This document shows, piece by piece, positions 13,761-26,789 of a DNA stretch of 64,000 nucleotides. Both the position numbers and the translations under genes were made by a program. The number at the start of each line of letters is the position of its first letter. Position 1 is the stretch's first letter. This DNA is from the human T2T-CHM13v2.0 reference genome, Homo sapiens: assembly GCF_009914755.1 (NCBI RefSeq), contig NC_060937.1. One strand, written 5' to 3'. The notes below the pieces were generated by a model, which did not search any database, had not been told where the DNA came from, and saw only the letters and a program-made list of their open reading frames with translations.

Positions 13761-15419
13761 GTTTTCTCTGTTTTTTTTTTTAACCTTACTTTTTCATGGT
13801 CCATTAATTAACTCTCAGCTTTATGTAAAACTATGACTCCACTGCTAAAGTGTACATTGTAATCCTAGGTGGCTTTATCTTCCTCAGCTTGACAAATATT
13901 CATTTCTTCTTTCAAAATTTGTTATTATTTAATTATATTGGAAAGGGGTCCCAATGTTTTTAAGCCTTTAAATCCATTAAATAAATGCTAAGTCAGGATT
14001 TTTCTTATATGGACACGTAAGTTTTAGAAAGTAATTATATCTCTACATAAACTGTGAACCCTGCTCAAAAAATTAGCAAATGCTTACATGCTGAGAACCT
14101 AAATATCAAAATATAAAGAAAATGGAGCCTCTAAAAAATCTTTTATTACTCTGGGTTTTTATAAGCATTCCTTTTTATAAGCAAACTGAATTTGTGTGCA
14201 CCCAGCACTAGGGTTCATTCTAAGAGAAAATTGAAAAAAATGCCTCATCACCCACTTGCCTCAAGGACACAATTAACTAAAACGAAAATATGTTGATGTT
14301 TGCCTAACCATTTTAGTTTTAACCCAATACTTAACATTACATATGCATACAGGCTATTAATAGAATAATTGTGATTTTTCAATCATTAGCATGAAAACAG
14401 TAGACTAAAACATAGGCATATTATGTAAATAGAGAAGAAGTAACAAGGAAAAATGTCTTGACTCAAATTTGCAAACTTCTGTAAATTTTTGTGGGCCTAA
14501 AGATTGAGAGATTGTTTAGTACTACTACTGAATTTCAGAATAATTTTGCATTATACTGAAACTCTAGACTGCTCTTGATTCTTCTGAAGCTTTTGTTTAG
14601 ATTTCCAACTCCTACTGTTTCAATAGCTATCTGGAGATTATTCTATTAAGAATCAGATATTGGGAAGTCACATTTGTTTTAAATACATATTTTCTTCTGT
14701 ATGGTTTTCAGAGTGATTTTCTTCTGTGCCTGGAGGGGAGTGAAAATCCGTCATTTCTCTAACAGGAAGCCAGAGAAATACCCAGCTTAGATATATGGTC
14801 ATGTGCAGTTTCCTGTTACATTCCAGGAATTGTTCTTGGGTATAAACAGTCATCTTCCAGGGGGCAGGTCATGGCTGCATCTGCCTTGTCTATCACTCTA
14901 TATTTGTAGAATATATGAAATATCCGGCTAAGAGCTGTTAATTCTGATATAGCACAAAGTCTCCATTTATTGAACGTGTCAAACTTTTGCCAAGCTCAGT
15001 TTAGTAAGCACAACTTTTAGGCAAACGGAATGTCATTATTGATTGGATTCCATGCATCGTTTTCCCCAAATAAAGCATCTTTGAGTTGATTGATTTTACC
15101 ATGTTGAAAAGCATGTTTTAATGGGGAATTTCCACAAAACTGTGTTAAGCTTTCCAGTATCTGCAAACTATAAACAAAATAAATAAGACCTGTCTATAAA
15201 AATGTCTACAACATAATCAGAATACAAGAATATTTGATTTGAGAAATATTGAAAAATAAAACACAATCTTCTGAATAATACATGTTATATTAGTTATGAG
15301 TTAGGATTTTACTTCATAGAGACATAGAATCCTATACTCAATGACTAGATAGAAATGTGGATAGGAGATGAAGGATTAATCCCCAAGTTGATTAAAGGTA
15401 TAAACTCTGTTACATAGCC

Positions 15420-15592
15420 AAACACTTGGCTGTGTAAATGTAAATTAAATAAAGTTATTATCTTAATTCCTCAGACTCACCAGCTACATTTCAAGTGCTT
15501 AACAGTCACATATGGTTAGTGGCTATCATATTATACAGTCTAGATATAGAACATTTCCATCATCACAGAAAGTTCTATTGGACAGCAATGGT
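15420..15592 (+). mobile_element. MER3 DNA transposon fragment
   Basis: ccagctacatttcaagtgcttaacagtcacatatggttagtggcta...catcacagaaagttctattggacagc. Confidence 0.75.
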
Positions 15593-15819
15593 ATTCAGAA
15601 TATAACACACAAAGAAATATTTTTAAAACTAAGATTGTTGTTCTTAGAAAAAAAGGAATGAGCATATGAAATGAGCATACAATGTGAAAATTTTTAAGCT
15701 GTTTCTATATAGTTTCAAAAAATGGTTTCAGTGTCTCACTCAATTTTTTAACTAAATTGATAAGATGCTTTAAATATCATTACATAGTGCAGAAGGGCAA
15801 ATATAAATGTTCTGAGACA

Positions 15820-17697
15820 TTAAACATATAATTTGGGGGGATACATAAAGAAAAGAATAACAAATTAGTTACTCAGGAGAACAATATTTTCAGAATGAAA
15901 AATGAAATCACAATAAACTGCAAAATTTTAAAAAACTGACAACTATCACAAACATCAGACATTCAAAAAATATTTTTATTGACTGTGTAGTGTACCTTTA
16001 TATGTTCCATATTTTGCCTCATCATATGACAATGGTTCTATGTAACTTTATAGAGAAAAAATAGAGAGATAATTCAATCTGCCTTCTAGGATGGTCAATT
16101 GAATTTTTTAAAAATGAAGTTAGGATGCACAAAAATATAACTTCATACAGACATGTGCTTTTTTTAGTACCCATAGGTTTGTGCCCTATAAAAACACATT
16201 CTGATCAATTCTCCATTGTATAATTCCCCCAAAAATGAAAAAATATATGATACACTGATCATTGTATATGCTACATTATCAAATATTCCTAATAAGGGAG
16301 ATTTTCCATTTTGATTAGGTATTGGATTAGGTGTTGATGAGAACCAATTCTCTGCCTATAATTTTACATGTCTGACAAATAGAAAAATCTTCCATAGATC
16401 AGCTTCTAGATCTGAACATTTCAACACTCATTTTTTTTGTTATTTAGTTTTTATTCCATAATCATAAATTTAACTTTGCAATCCAGGTAGGCATGGAAGG
16501 GAACAAGGAAAACATGGAACCCAAAGGGAACTGCAGAGACAGGGCAAAGATTCTAGGATTCTGCAAGCAAATGGGGTGGAGGACTGTTCTCCTGAGCTAC
16601 AGAAGGAATGGTCTGGTGGTTAAGATAAAATACAGGTCAAATTTATTTGAGTTGTCCACTGTCAGCAATGGTGACCTTCTTGCTGGTCTTGCCATTCCTG
16701 GACCCAAAGTGCTCCAGGGCCTCCACAATATTCATGCCTTCTTTCACCCTGCCAGAGACCACATGCTTGCCATCCAACCACTCAGTCTTGGCAGTGCAGA
16801 TGACAAACTGGGAACCATTTGTTTTGGGCCCAGCATTTGCCATGGACAAGATGCCAGGACCTGTATGCTTTAGGATGAAGTTCTCGTCATCAAATTTCTC
16901 CCCGTAGATGGACTTGCCACAAGTGCCATTATGCATGAGAAGTCACCACCCCGACACATAAACCCTGGATTAATTCTGTGAAAGCAGGGACCCTTATAAC
17001 CAAATCCTTTCTCTCTAGTGCTCACAGCATGAAAGTTTTCTGCTGTCTTTGGAAACTTGTCCACAAACAGCTCGAAGGAGATGCGGCCCAAGGGCTCGCT
17101 GTTGACAGTGAAGTCGAAGAACACAGTGGGGTTGACCATGGCTGATAGTACAGGGCTCACAGCGGCGGTGGCATCTGCAAAGCCTTTAACCCTTATTTGT
17201 TCCCACTTCCCATGTAGGTCCAGTGGCAAGTGTCACAGGACAAGCTCATTTGATTTTAAAATGTCTGGTCCTACATCTTTATTTCATGACACTATGTAAG
17301 TCACCAGTGGGTACCAAGTAGTAATACTCCTGGAAACAATTCCTGTCATGGGATAACTAGCAACAACTGAACTACACATAGAAGTGAGTCTGTGAACTAC
17401 AAAAATATGTCCACCACACCAAAATACACGTATTCAACATTAGACTTCCCTTTAGCTGATCCGCAAATGCCCATGACCATTCTCCTGCTATCTAGCACCA
17501 AGAGAAAGCATGATAACAGTAAGTATGGATGAGTGACAGTAATCCAACTAAGCACAATTAAAATATCTTAATTTTGCAAATGTTATGAAAATATACGTCC
17601 ATGCAACACAATGCTGGGATCCCTCCCAAGGCCCTGTAAGGGACCCCTGCAAGTGAGAAGCTGAGAAGCTAGACTCCATTGGTAAATCTAGCTCTGA
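15820..17697. mobile_element. Zaphod/MER115-like hAT-Tip100 DNA transposon (interrupted by the PPIA retrocopy)
   Basis: Terminal segment ccctcccaaggccctgtaagggacccctgcaagtgag...ggtaaatctagctctg resembles the MER115 end. Degenerate internal sequence flanks the pseudogene on both sides. Confidence 0.55.
16432..17185 (-). pseudogene. PPIAP: Processed pseudogene of peptidyl-prolyl isomerase A (cyclophilin A)
   Basis: Intronless MVNPTVFFD...[15 protein letters not shown] / [35 protein letters not shown]...[15 protein letters not shown] at 17139 to stop at 16643 is 497 nt versus 498 nt, so there is a single 1-bp deletion near 16934. It retains the 5'UTR, 3'UTR, AATAAA (16455-16450), a poly-A remnant and a degenerate TSD ttcaacactcattt/tttaacccttattt. 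The specific PPIAP number is not identified. Confidence 0.97.
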
Positions 17698-17890
17698 TAA
17701 AGGATGCATTCTTTACCAGCACCAAGAACTGAGGAATAGAGTTTGAAATATAAGGATTCCAATTAAATATGAGATAGCTTTCCTGTCAGTGTTGCTGAAT
17801 GTTGACATTATGACTGAATAGATAAAGACTTACAAGTTCAATATTCTAGAAGCTGCTTACCTTTCAGTTCTTTTGCCCTTGTTTAAAATG

Positions 17891-18590
<700 letters not shown>

Positions 18591-19127
18591 ACACAATAAG
18601 TGGTAGCTTCTAAAATTTTCATGATTCAACATCCACATTTCTATAACACAAGGTAATTGGAAAACAAGTCACAATGATATATGTCTACCTTAAATAATTA
18701 TTTATGCTATCAGAGAAGCATAGCCATTCATGAATGAAGCATATTTTGAAGAGGTTAAAAAGGAAACTAAAGGTAACACTAGGCACTCACTTTATTTATC
18801 TTCAATTATTAGTCAGGCTTTATCAAATTCCTGTTCTATCCTTTGCTAAGAACAGAACAGTTTTTCCTCCTCTCTCTGTTGTCAGGTCACAAACAAAAGT
18901 CTGCTATTATGTGACTACAAAAACATTTGGTTTTTCCTTTGCTAAAAAAAGATAGGCTACATTTTCTCATTTTATTTGTCTTTCCCGGTTCTATTCATTA
19001 CAAAAACAAAAACAAAACACAAAACAGCTGCCCCAGAAGGATGTTAGGTAGATACCGAAAACCAGAGATCTCCTCAACAGTCCGTTGTCTCCAGCCTGCT
19101 TATACTGGGCAAAAAATAAACACCACA

Positions 19128-19498
<371 letters not shown>

Positions 19499-20396
19499 CT
19501 ATATTTATTTCACATACAGAGTATTCTCACTCTAAACTGTATTCCTCCGCCCTAAAATCACGAAATTAATAACATCCTCATTTATTCATTTCTATGGCAA
19601 CCATCGCACAGTGGAATAGACATATCTACTCCTTGGTAAACTCAACTTGTAAAAGATCATATAGTTTAAACTTTTGTGTGTATATAAAAACAAAATTTTA
19701 AACAGATGCATTTGATCGGAGCACATTAAATGTTCTAAAAAGTGACATGAAATTGTTTCTTCACAACTGGAAAAAAATGAGTAGCTAAAACTGAATTTTT
19801 ACAAAGCGTGATGTGTAAAGTTGGTTTCGAAATCACCAAATATTTTCTCAGTAATCATAAGCATTGCTAATGGAGTCTACAAAAGTAACTAGACTTTTCT
19901 ATTATAGAAGACTGTAATCTAGTTGTAGAAAAGGACAATAAAGATATTTTAGGTAATAATAGCATTCACCTAATAATAAACACAAAAATATATAGGAAAA
20001 TTCAGAAAAGACATGATTATTATGTGAATATATGCACACTTTAACTAAACCTGAGGAAAAGATTCAAGTTACTGTTTTGGGAGAAGGTATGAAATGAACA
20101 CACAGAAAGAGGCAGAAAAGCAGAAGACATTTGAAAAGAGAGATGATCCACTTTATTTCTAGTCCAAAGTTAGCATGGGGAAATGTCAGGAGAAAAAATT
20201 TAAAAAAAATAAAAAATAAATGTGGAGAAGCAAAATATGAAGGTGGGGCTTGAAATAAGTATTTGATTCTATATATAATGTAAATCCACTAGAGAAAAAC
20301 CTTATAGATTAACAAAGCAATACATATAATAATTTAAGAAAAGAAATCTGGTAGTGCTATCAACATCCTATCAATTATAAAGGAAAGATTGACCTG

Positions 20397-20575
20397 TTGC
20401 TGGCAATTGGAATACATTTCTGTTTATGTCTTCTGCCAACAAATTTAATACCTTTTCTGTCTTAACTAAGCACTGTAACTTTTGCAGTTTGAGACGCAAC
20501 AAAAAAACTAGCATACATTTCTTCTTTTCTTCTTTACAATATCATAGGTAGATTAGTTTTTACCATAGATCTTAG
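20397..20575 (-). repeat. 179-bp copy of an internal part of the neighbouring MER44 element
   Basis: Ungapped match to 21879-22057 with 14 mismatches counted by eye. Confidence 0.9.
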
Positions 20576-20789
20576 GCAAAGAAATTCAGTCTATTATTAG
20601 AATCCCATATGTTGACACATTCTTGAGTTCAGGAAAAAGTTTATCTAGTCATAAGGAAATATTTTTATACTTATGATTAATCATATGAAATAGCATTTTA
20701 TTGAAAAATGTTATGTCTCTATACATTGATGAGATTGATGTATGGTGTTCTTTAGCATGGAATATTGGTCATTTTATTGATGATATAAT

Positions 20790-21010
20790 TTACTGAATGT
20801 ATTCTATGTGTCTAAAACTGTGCCAATTATTTTGTATCCATCTATATGTCACTTCATGCTTATAGCAACTCTTTGTTTTACAGAAAGTGAAATTTGAGCC
20901 TATAGGTGGCCACTTTCCCTAGGCTACACAGTCAGTAAGTGGCAGAGAAAGAATGTGAACCCAGTCTGTCTCATTCAGAAGCTGGCACTCTGACCACAAT
21001 GCTATGCTAT
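20790..21010 (-). mobile_element. MIR
   Basis: ttttacagaaagtgaaatttgag...actttccctaggctacacagtcagtaagtggcagag...gaacccagtctgtct. Confidence 0.75.
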
Positions 21011-21319
21011 CATACAGGATAAATCAAGAAATTTCTGATCTTTCTATTTATTCTAGAACTGGTTTTATATAAAAAAATAGTTTATCTAAATGCTGAAAGA
21101 ATTCTTGAGAGAATCTAGTGGATCTAGCTGTGTTTGCATGGTATACACTATTCATATATAAACTTGATTTACATTAATCAATTCAATTCTATCTATGGAG
21201 CACTTAGTATGTTCTGTGTGCCCAATGTTAGGGCTAGAAAACAAATATGATCTAGTCCTTTCTCTAAATAGCTCACATTCTGGTGAGGGAAATAAGAATA
21301 TAAACAAGTACATTAAAAT

Positions 21320-22780
21320 ATCTGAAATTTAGAATTTCCTAGAGATTCTCAACAGCAGATTTCAACTTACACAAGAGAGAATTGGCAGACTTTAAGATAC
21401 GTCAATTGAGATTATCCAATCTAAGAAGCAGAAATTAAAAAGAATTTTTTAAAAAGATGAATAGAGCATCAGAGAACTGTTAGACACCATCAAGCATTGC
21501 AAACACATGCATAATGAAAGTTCCAGAAGGAAAAGAGAGAGATAAACGGGAAGAAAGAATATTTGAAGAAACAATTGCTGAAAACTTCCCAGATTTAATG
21601 AAAAATGTTAACCTCCTAATAGAAGTATCTCCACAAATTCACAGTAGAATAAACTCAGAGATCCACATCTAGACACATCATAATCAAACTGTCAAAAAAA
21701 CAAAGAAGCAACTCATCATGTACAAAGAATCTTCAAGAAGATTAACAGATGAGTTCCCATCAGAAATCATGAAGCCAGGAGACTATGGAATTGTACAGAG
21801 CAGTCTCCCATTATTCACAGGGGATATATTCCAAGACCACCAGTGGATGCCTGAAACTGCAAATAATACCAAACTCTCTTGCTGTTAATTGGAATACGTT
21901 TCTGTTCATGTCTTCTAACCACAAATGTAATACCTTTTCTGTCTTAAGTAAGCACTGTAACTTTTGCAGTTTGAGATGCAACAACAAAACTAGCATAAAT
22001 TTCTTCTTTTCTTCTTTACAATATCATACGTAGATTAGTTTTTACCGTAGATCTTAGCAACCTCAGCACACAATTTTTCTTCTTTTCATATCAGGTCAAG
22101 GACTTTCAGCTTTTCACTTAAAGAAGGCACTTTATGGCTTCTATTTAGCATATCTAAATTGCCAGCATCACAACCCTTCTGCTTTAGGAACATTTTAAGT
22201 TAAACGAGGGTCATTTAAACACAAATACTGCGTTATTACTACAGTTGATCTGATAACTGAGACTGCGACTAAGTGACTAATGAACAGGTACTGTGTACAT
22301 CATGGATACTTTCCAAAAAAAAGATGATTTGTGTACTGGGTGGGATGGAGCAGGATGGTGCAAGATTTCATCATTCTATTCAGAACGGTGTGCAATTAAA
22401 AACCTATGAATTGTTGATTTCTGCAATTTTCCATTTAATATTTCCAGACTGCAGTTAACCATAGGTAACTGAAACTGTGAAAAGTGAGACCATGGATAAG
22501 AGAGGGCTATTGTATTCAAAATGCTAAAAGAAAAAGACTGTCCGTGAAGAATGTTATGTTCAGCGCAATTTACATTGAAAAGACAAAGGGTAAATTAAGG
22601 AATTCTCAGATAAGCAAAAACTTTAAAAACTGGTCTCTAACAGACCAACCCTATAAGAAATACAAAAACAAGGTTTTCAGGCTGAAATGAAAGGATATTA
22701 GACTAGCTCTAATTCACATGAAGAAAGAATACCAATAACACTAATACACAGGTAAACATAAAAGACAATATACGTGTATT
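21320..22780 (+). mobile_element. Old L1M ORF1 region (split by MER44)
   Basis: A-rich ORF1-like sequence (gaaaacttcccagatttaatgaaa, cacatctagacacatcataatcaaactg). It reads continuously across the MER44 insertion (ggaattgta|ttcaaaatgct). Confidence 0.75.
21796..22512 (-). mobile_element. MER44/Tigger7-family DNA transposon
   Basis: TA TSDs and degenerate terminal inverted repeats (cagagcagtctcccattattc / ggataagagagggctattg). Minus-strand ORF 21811-21996 (KTEKVLHLWLEDMNR) resembles a Tigger transposase HTH remnant. Confidence 0.85.
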
Positions 22781-22783
22781 TGT

Positions 22784-23825
22784 GTTTATTTTATGCAGTT
22801 TAGTCTTTCAAAAAATTCCCTCCAGAGAACATCAACACAAATGAAACATTTTTGTTTCATTTCTTCCTAATTTGGTCTTGAGGTGCCTGTCTTGAGAATA
22901 GCCATAAACTCTAGCCCTATCCTGATGAAGACCCCAGGGATTTGGTTATAGAAGTTCAGTGTGCCTTTCCCAGATACTTCTTTATCCTGACGGACTGCCT
23001 AATGTCTAGCCCATGACCAGATGTCCTCACAGGACATTTGTTTATACTGGCAGGTACCATGTGGCTCCTGTCTGACCTGTATAATATTTGTGCCAAGATA
23101 GCCAATCTCTAGAAAAATAACTATGACTGGGAGGAAATTTGCATCCAAGTGTGTCAGTCAGGAGAGACACAGAGAAGACACACAACAAAATACACGAAAT
23201 AACAGAAGTCGTTTATTACTTACAGGTCCAAGAGAGAAGGGGGTTACTAATCAAGGCTGATGGGAAGATCTCAGGGGAATTGTGCTCAACCAGAAGACGG
23301 AGAGGCAGAGAGAGGTAGATCTGTAGGCTGAATCCATTTGAGTATACAGCTAACTATATAAGGTCTAAGTATAGACCTGAATCCATTTTGAGTATAGGGT
23401 TAACTGTCTCATACTAGAAACAGGATTTAGTCACCCTTGATGCAGGCTGAGGCCTTTATTGGGGTGCAGGGTACCCAAGCAGATTTCCCATGAGGAATTC
23501 TAATTGATGGAATTAGACATAAGACCCATGAGGCCACACCGTGACTTAGAAGTGATCACTGTGGCACATCTGCATATTCCATGAGAGGTATGAGTGTCAG
23601 TGTGATGAGTCCAGTAGGTTGGATCTCTCTGTTTCATAGGGAAGTGGTTAACAGGAGGTGGGTATATAGGGCAGATATCTAGATCGACCACATTGAGGAA
23701 CTGGCAGGAGGCAGAGAGTTGAAAACTGCATCAAGGGTGACTAAATCCTGTTTCTAGTAGAAGACAGTTAACCCTATACTCAAAATGGATTCAGAGCCAA
23801 CATAAAATTGCAAGTACCCACTACA
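22784..23825 (-). mobile_element. MER54-like ERVL solo LTR carrying a local inverted insertion
   Basis: Minus strand begins tgtagtggg...ttttatgttggctctgaatccattttgagtatagg...cagttcctcaatgtggtcgatctagatatctgcc and has AATAAA at 23460-23455. Confidence 0.7.
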
Positions 23826-23849
23826 CCTGTGTCCACTGCAATGGACAAT

Positions 23850-24215
23850 ATCTTAATTGGTTCAGGCTGCCGTAATAAAACACCATAAATTGGGTGGCTT
23901 AAACAACAGGAATTTATTTTCTCACACTTCTGGAGGCTAGAAGTGTTAGATCAAGGTGCCTGCTGATTTGGTTCCTTCCTGGCTTGCAAATGGCCACCTT
24001 CTTACTATATCCTTTTATGTCAGAGAGTGAGAGAAAGAAACAACTCTCTGCTGTCTCTTCTTATGAAAACACTGATCCTATAGGATGAGGGCTTCAGTCT
24101 TATGACCTCCTTTAACCTTAATTATTTCCTTAGAGGCCCAATTTCCAAATATAGTCACACTGGGGGTTGGGTCTTCAACATACAGATTTTGGAAAGACAC
24201 ACATATTCAGTCAAA
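23850..24215 (-). mobile_element. MLT1A/B-type MaLR LTR
   Basis: ggtggcttaaacaacaggaatttattttctcacacttctggaggctagaag...ccaaatatagtcacactgggggtt. Confidence 0.8.
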
Positions 24216-24359
24216 AAAGACAACATCCTCTATAGGTTTCCTCTCATCTGTTTCATATCCCTGGTTCCTCACTCCTATTTCCTAAGATCACTTTCCAAAT
24301 AAACTATCTGTATACAAGTGGATCAAGTTCTGCTTTCATGAGAACACAGGGTAAGGCAA

Positions 24360-24770
24360 GAATTGCTTCCAGAAATTTCCATGGCAGCATTGTTTGCAAT
24401 AGCAAAAAAAAAAGAGGGAAATAACCTAAATGGCAACTGACACAAGAATGAAAAAATAAATTGTGGTATATATGTAATGAAATTAAGTTCTGGAGTTAAA
24501 ATGGCATAAACACGTCAAAGAATACATATAGTATAATCCCATTTATATAGAATTGAAAAACAGATGAAACTCAACAATATGTTGTTTTTTGTTTAGGGTA
24601 TAGGTTCATATGTAGAAAGACTATAAAGAAATCAAGGAAATGATAAACACATCATTCAGTGGTTACCCCCAGAAATGAAGAAAGAGAGCTTCAGAGTTAT
24701 TGGTAATGCATTTCTGAAGCTGAATGCTCGATATATGGGTGTTGGTTTTACTGTTTTTTATCATACACAC
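24360..24770 (+). mobile_element. Old L1M (L1ME-like) 3' end
   Basis: gcagcattgtttgcaatagcaaaa...aataaattgtggtata...tataatcccatttatatag. Confidence 0.7.
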
Positions 24771-24834
24771 ATACATCTTTACATCATACATATATTACAT
24801 TTATAGTTATATATGAATATGGTTACATATATTT

Positions 24835-24876
24835 GCCTGGGCAACAGAATGAGACCCTGTCTTGAAAAAAAAAAAA
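24835..24876 (+). mobile_element. Orphan Alu 3' tail fragment
   Basis: gcctgggcaacagaatgagaccctgtcttg plus A12; no TSD visible. Confidence 0.8.
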
Positions 24877-24880
24877 CCCA

Positions 24881-25009
24881 ATATGTGGTTCAATCTTAGG
24901 AATTCATGGTCCTGAATAACTAGGCTAATTAATTAAGAGAGATGATAGCAATTTTCCACTTACTATTTTTGCATGCATTTAGCCTTCCTGAAATATGGTT
25001 GAAATTTAA
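24881..25009 (+). repeat. Local direct duplicate of unique sequence at 25813-25957
   Basis: 81-bp core (24929-25009 versus 25877-25957) has 3 mismatches. The upstream part aligns with small indels. Confidence 0.92.
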
Positions 25010-26306
25010 TTTATATAAAATTATAAATAAGAAATAAATTTATACTATTAAATTTAAATAAAATTAAATCACATATATATAACATACATCACATGTATAC
25101 ATATATCATATTTACAGTTAAATTACATAGTATTTAGCTACATATTGAATTGCATAGCAATTAACTATGTAATTTATTAGGCATTTTAATTAAGATAGTT
25201 AATTTAAAAAAAACAAAATATTAGCTTGAAGTATGAAAAGTGGGCTTTTAAAACACAAGCTTTGTTAAATGTTGCATTCATTTAACTTAAAAAAAATGAA
25301 ACAGCAAAGTTGTTTTCACCAACAACATTTTCCAATTCAACTAGAAGAAATCCTAGGAGGAGAAAAAATATTTCTTTCCTAGGCAGTATACATTTTGAAA
25401 TCTACCAATGGGAAAACATCTGTCAAGAATGAATTTCAGAAGAAAATTAATTTTATAATTTACCACCTAGATAGCTGCCAAACTTTAGTGACTAAAGCTC
25501 TAAACCAAGTGGCAGCAGATCTAACATCCTTTTCTCCTTCCTCTTCACGTTCCAGCTCTGCGACTGGATGCAAGCCAAGATCCTAGATGACTCAATTTTT
25601 CACTCTATCAGATGAAGACAATACTTGCCATCTCCCAAATAAAGGTTATGAGGATTAATCTGTCCATAATGCATTTGGAGATCCTTGCAATAAAGATTAA
25701 AACCATGTATAAAATTTACTATATTTTATAGGTGTGAGTTTTCAAGATCAGTTATCTTGAAACTGTTTATTCCCTAAGAATTGGGCCTGCAGTTTAATAT
25801 CCTATGACATGAAATACATGGTTCAATCTTAGTTAGGGATCCACAGTCTTCAATAACTAGGCTTCTGTTGGTATAGTTAATTAAGAGAGATGATAGCAAT
25901 TCTCCACTTACTATTTTTGCCTGCATTTATCCTTCCTGAAATATGGTTGAAATTTAAAACATGGAAGCTGGTTACTACTTACTCCTAGACACCATCCTAG
26001 AAGTAGCACAAGATGGGTCATACGGCTGATTTAAAATCTAGAATATAAATGTGACATAAAATGTAGGATTAATATTTCAAAAAATACACCTGTCCTAGCC
26101 AAGGATACTTTTTTCCTTAATTAAAAATGATATCGTTAACATTACAGTTTACTGATTAAATGCCATTTACATATTAGTATTTGCCTATTAGCATTAGGAA
26201 GAAAATACCTTCTAACAATTCACATCTGCCTCTTCTCTAAACTCATTAACAATTCCTATTCACCATATTGTAAAGACATTTACTTTCAAGATTTCAGGCT
26301 TTAATA

Positions 26307-26594
26307 GGCCAGGCATGGTGGCTCACCTCTGTAATCCCAGCACTTTGGGAGGCCGAGATGGGAGGGTTGTGTGAGGCCAGGAATTTCAGCAATATAGGGA
26401 GACCCCCATCTCTACAAAAAATTAAATACAATTTAAAAATTAACCAGGCGTGGTGGCATATGCCTGGGGTCCCAGCTCCTTGACAGAGGATAAGGTGGAA
26501 GGATCGCTTGAGCCTGGGAGGTCTAGGCTGTGCTGAGCCATGATCACACCACTGCACCAGCTTGGGCAACAGAGCAAGACCCCATCTTAAAAAA
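26307..26594 (+). mobile_element. AluJ
   Basis: Diverged dimer with AluJ features (ggatcgcttgagcctgggaggtctaggctg). Confidence 0.9.
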
Positions 26595-26789
26595 GAAATT
26601 AATGGTTTAAAAAATAGCTTCATGACTCAAGTCACTGCAGCTTCAGAGTTGTTTTAGCTTTTAGATAGATAGAAGTATTTTAGCCTTTCCCATCCTGTGT
26701 GCAATTTAACAGCATCCATGAGTGTATTTAACAATATTACTTTTCACCCAAATTCTCCTATTCATTTTTTAAATTCACTTATTTTCACT

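Noticed and set aside
16493-17299. + strand ORFs of 80-126 aa
   Set aside because: These are antisense shadows of the PPIA retrocopy.
21811-21996. ORF resembling a Tigger transposase HTH
   Set aside because: It is a short remnant inside non-autonomous MER44, not a domesticated gene.
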